Shown one piece after another: positions 61,581-64,000 of a stretch of DNA of 64,000 nt (positions are counted from its first letter, which is position 1; each line of letters begins with the position of its first letter). This DNA is from an uncultured candidatus Porisulfidus sp. (lineage in GTDB: Bacteria; Pseudomonadota; Gammaproteobacteria; Poriferisulfidales; Poriferisulfidaceae): NCBI GenBank assembly GCA_965116025.1, contig OZ220480.1, positions 928,001-992,000 on the forward strand. The letters are read 5' to 3'. The notes below the pieces were generated by a model, which had not been told where the DNA came from, did no database searches, and saw only the letters and a list, made by a program, of their open reading frames with translations. Both the position numbers and the translations under genes were made by a program.

Positions 61581-62500
61581 TGTCCGGGCTGGAGTTGTCG
61601 GGGTGGATCGCGTCCGGACTGCTGTCGCTGGCGCTGGCCGCTTTCCTGGCTTGGGCATATTGGCGCAGGCTGGTTCCCTACGAGGCCGTCCGGCGGTGGG
61701 CGTTCCGGATGCGCGGCGGCGATCTGTCGGCCCGGATTCCGGTGCCGCGGAGAGGGGGATTCGAGGAGCTCGCGATCGACCTGAACGCGCTCGCGGAAAT
61801 GATCCAGACGCTGTCGCGGGATACCGAGGAGCAGTTGCAGGAATTCAGCGACTACACGGCGATGAGAGAGCGCGCCCGATTGTCCGCGGAGCTGCACGAT
61901 TCTCTGGCGCAAACCTTGGCCGGCATCAAGATGCAGGTGCGGGTGCTGGACGAGACCCTGCATCAGGGCGACGAGGAGCGGACTTGGCAGGAGATCGAGA
62001 AGATTGAGGAAAGCCTGGAGGAGGCCAATATCGAGTTGCGCGAGCTGATCGCGCATTTTCGCGCCCCGGTCGGCGAGGCGGGCCTGTTGCCGGCGATCGA
62101 GCGCGCGGTGGAGCGTTTTCGGCGAGATTGTCCGGACGTTCGCGCGCTTCTGCAGGTCCAATGGGAGAATATGAGTTTGTTGGCCGAGCATGAGTTGCAG
62201 GTCACGCGCGTCGTGCAGGAAGCCTTGGCCAACGTGCGCAAGCATGCCCACGCGAGCACCGTGAGGATATTGCTATCGGGAGACGCCGAGACTGGACGTT
62301 GCCGGGTGCTGGTGGAAGACGACGGGGTGGGGTTCGCGGATCCGCCACGGGAAGGAGGGGGCGCCCACATCGGGATGAGCTTGTTGCGAGATCGGGCGGC
62401 GCGTCTGGGCGGACGGATTCAGGTGGAGAGCGAGCCGGACGAGGGCGCGCGGGTGGCGCTGGAGTTCGACGCGACGCCGCGAGGGCGGGAGGCCGCATGA
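61580..62500 (+). CDS. NarX-like sensor histidine kinase (HAMP-HisKA_3-HATPase)
   Basis: Single TM, HAMP, ERARLSAELHDSLAQ, QEALANVRKHA, DDGVGF, H.GM. Confidence 0.9.
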   Translation: MSGLELSGWIASGLLSLALAAFLAWAYWRRLVPYEAVRRWAFRMRGGDLSARIPVPRRGGFEELAIDLNALAEMIQTLSRDTEEQLQEFSDYTAMRERARLSAELHDSLAQTLAGIKMQVRVLDETLHQGDEERTWQEIEKIEESLEEANIELRELIAHFRAPVGEAGLLPAIERAVERFRRDCPDVRALLQVQWENMSLLAEHELQVTRVVQEALANVRKHAHASTVRILLSGDAETGRCRVLVEDDGVGFADPPREGGGAHIGMSLLRDRAARLGGRIQVESEPDEGARVALEFDATPRGREAA

Positions 62501-63186
62501 CGCTCACGGTGACGATCATCGACGACCACACCCTGTTCCGGGAGGGCCTGCAAGGCTTGCTGGAGCGCCATGGGCTGAAAGTGCTGGACTCGGTCGGGGA
62601 CGCGGAGGCCGGCCGCGAGGCGATTGCCAAGCGTCGCCCGGAGATCGTCCTGCTGGACTTGCGGATGCCACGGGTTGGCGGGCTGGAGATCCTCCGAGCG
62701 CTGAGGGAGGACGGCGAATGTCCGCCAGTAGTGATGCTGACCACGAGCGACGAGGAGCGGGACTTAGTCGAGGCGCTGCGTTCCGGGGCGAGCGGATACC
62801 TTCTGAAGGATATGGAGCCGGATGCCTTGGTGATGGCGTTGCGCTCCGTGGTCAAGGGGGAGACCATCGTGGCTTCCAGGCTCACGCCGGCGCTGGCGCG
62901 GGTGGTGCAGGGCCACGAGCCGGAACCGCCAACGGCGGAGGAGGATCCGTTCGATGTTCTGACGCCCCGGGAGAGAGAGATTCTGGGTCTGCTCGCGGAG
63001 GGCATGAGCAATCGGGGGATCGGGAACGATTTGGGGATTTCGGAGGGAACGGTCAAGGTGCATGTGAAGGCGATCCTGCGCAAGCTCGAGGTGAAATCCC
63101 GGGTGGCGGCGGCGGTGCTCGCGGTGGAGCGGGGCTGGGGAAACCGGAAGCCCGCCGGGAGCGAAGGTGAGCCCGATTCGAATTAA
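62497..63186 (+). CDS. NarL/LuxR-family response regulator
   Basis: IIDDH.LFR.GL, LLDLRMP, GYLLKD, LTPRE.EIL, TVKVHVK.ILRKL. Confidence 0.93.
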   Translation: MTLTVTIIDDHTLFREGLQGLLERHGLKVLDSVGDAEAGREAIAKRRPEIVLLDLRMPRVGGLEILRALREDGECPPVVMLTTSDEERDLVEALRSGASGYLLKDMEPDALVMALRSVVKGETIVASRLTPALARVVQGHEPEPPTAEEDPFDVLTPREREILGLLAEGMSNRGIGNDLGISEGTVKVHVKAILRKLEVKSRVAAAVLAVERGWGNRKPAGSEGEPDSN

Positions 63187-63394
63187 GCGCTTAAAAGTTT
63201 GATTTTCTGATTATTTTTTGGGACGTGCGCGCGGCGTCGTGGCGGACGGTCGCGTCCGTCGGGAGGAGGAGAGGCGGTTGGTGGGGAACCGCGGTGGAGC
63301 GAGGCCGGTTCCAATATTCTTGTAACATCTCGCGCATACCATGCGCGCTCGGAATTTCCAGAATTTCGTCACAATCTTTACAAAGGAGGCCCCC

Positions 63395-64000
63395 ATGGTC
63401 ACGTGGAAATCAAGGTTCGCGGTTCCCGCCGCATTAATGCTCGTCGCGTCGTTGCCGGCTTCCGCCTTGGCGGGCGCCAGCGAGGAGATCGAGCATCTCA
63501 AGCGCGAGAACGCTCAAATGAAGGAGATGCTGATGCAGATGCAGCGGCAGCTCCAGGATGTCATGATGAAGACCAACGCCATGGAGCGGCAGGCGAGGAA
63601 GGCGGCCGAGGTGGAAGGCGAGAAGAAAGGCGGCACGGTCGCGTCCAAGAAGGAAGACATCACCATTTCCACGACTGGCGGCGGCATCAAGGTCAAGTCC
63701 AGCAATGGAAACGAATTCAAGATCGGCGGACGATTGATGTTCGACTTCGATTCCTACGATGAATTCTGGGCCGAAGAGAGCGCCGAGGAGAACGAGATTC
63801 GCCGCTCGCGTTTCACCCTCAGCGGCAAGGTTGGCAAGAACTGGTCCTACAAGTTCACGACCAACATCGATCATGAGGACGATGAGGCTTCTGTCGATAC
63901 CGGCTTCTTGAAGTACTCCAGCAAGCCGGTGTACATGAGACTGGGCAAGTACAAGCGTCCCGGCATGCTTGAGATGCGCACCAGTTCCAAATGGATCTCG
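63395..64000 (+). CDS. OprO/OprP-type phosphate-selective porin (partial)
   Basis: SD aaaggagg; signal peptide, coiled coil, F.IGGRL.FD, EIRR.R...SG, G..K.P..LE..TSSKW. Confidence 0.85.
   Translation, partial: MVTWKSRFAVPAALMLVASLPASALAGASEEIEHLKRENAQMKEMLMQMQRQLQDVMMKTNAMERQARKAAEVEGEKKGGTVASKKEDITISTTGGGIKVKSSNGNEFKIGGRLMFDFDSYDEFWAEESAEENEIRRSRFTLSGKVGKNWSYKFTTNIDHEDDEASVDTGFLKYSSKPVYMRLGKYKRPGMLEMRTSSKWIS

Noticed and set aside
63318-63384. Pho box upstream of the OprO/P porin (TTGTAAC; GTCACAATCTTTACA)
   Set aside because: Half-sites present but no clean 11-bp tandem with -10 spacing; too weak to call.

Overview
High-GC (my estimate: roughly two-thirds G+C) gammaproteobacterial chromosome segment, most likely from a sulfur oxidiser: it carries dsrS, dsrR and a methanethiol-oxidase cluster (mtoX-SCO-mauG). 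The housekeeping backbone includes rpoD, tRNA-Asn, galU, mazG, nadC, phoBR, pstCAB, yggX, mutY, asmA, moaC, bioCH, plsY, tRNA-Gly, queG, fur, folP and an OprO/P porin. Four accessory or defence insertions interrupt it. (1) An IetAS-like AAA ATPase + S8 protease pair. (2) An XRE-ImmA/PIN pair next to an AAA_14-DUF4143 gene. (3) A lower-GC defence island at about 34.3-45.3 kb, with a CapRel-like alarmone-synthetase gene in frame behind a DGQHR gene, an IS630, an orphan AbiEi-like gene, a BglII/BstYI-type R-M pair and a dndC-small ORF-dndD-dndE::ATPase phosphorothioation operon. dndC is split by a 22-G tract that looks like a phase-variation switch. (4) A TIR/SEFIR gene disrupted by an IS1111-type IS110, whose downstream non-coding RNA shows readable target- and donor-matching guide loops (bridge/seekRNA). 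All family calls come from motif recognition by eye; no searches were run.
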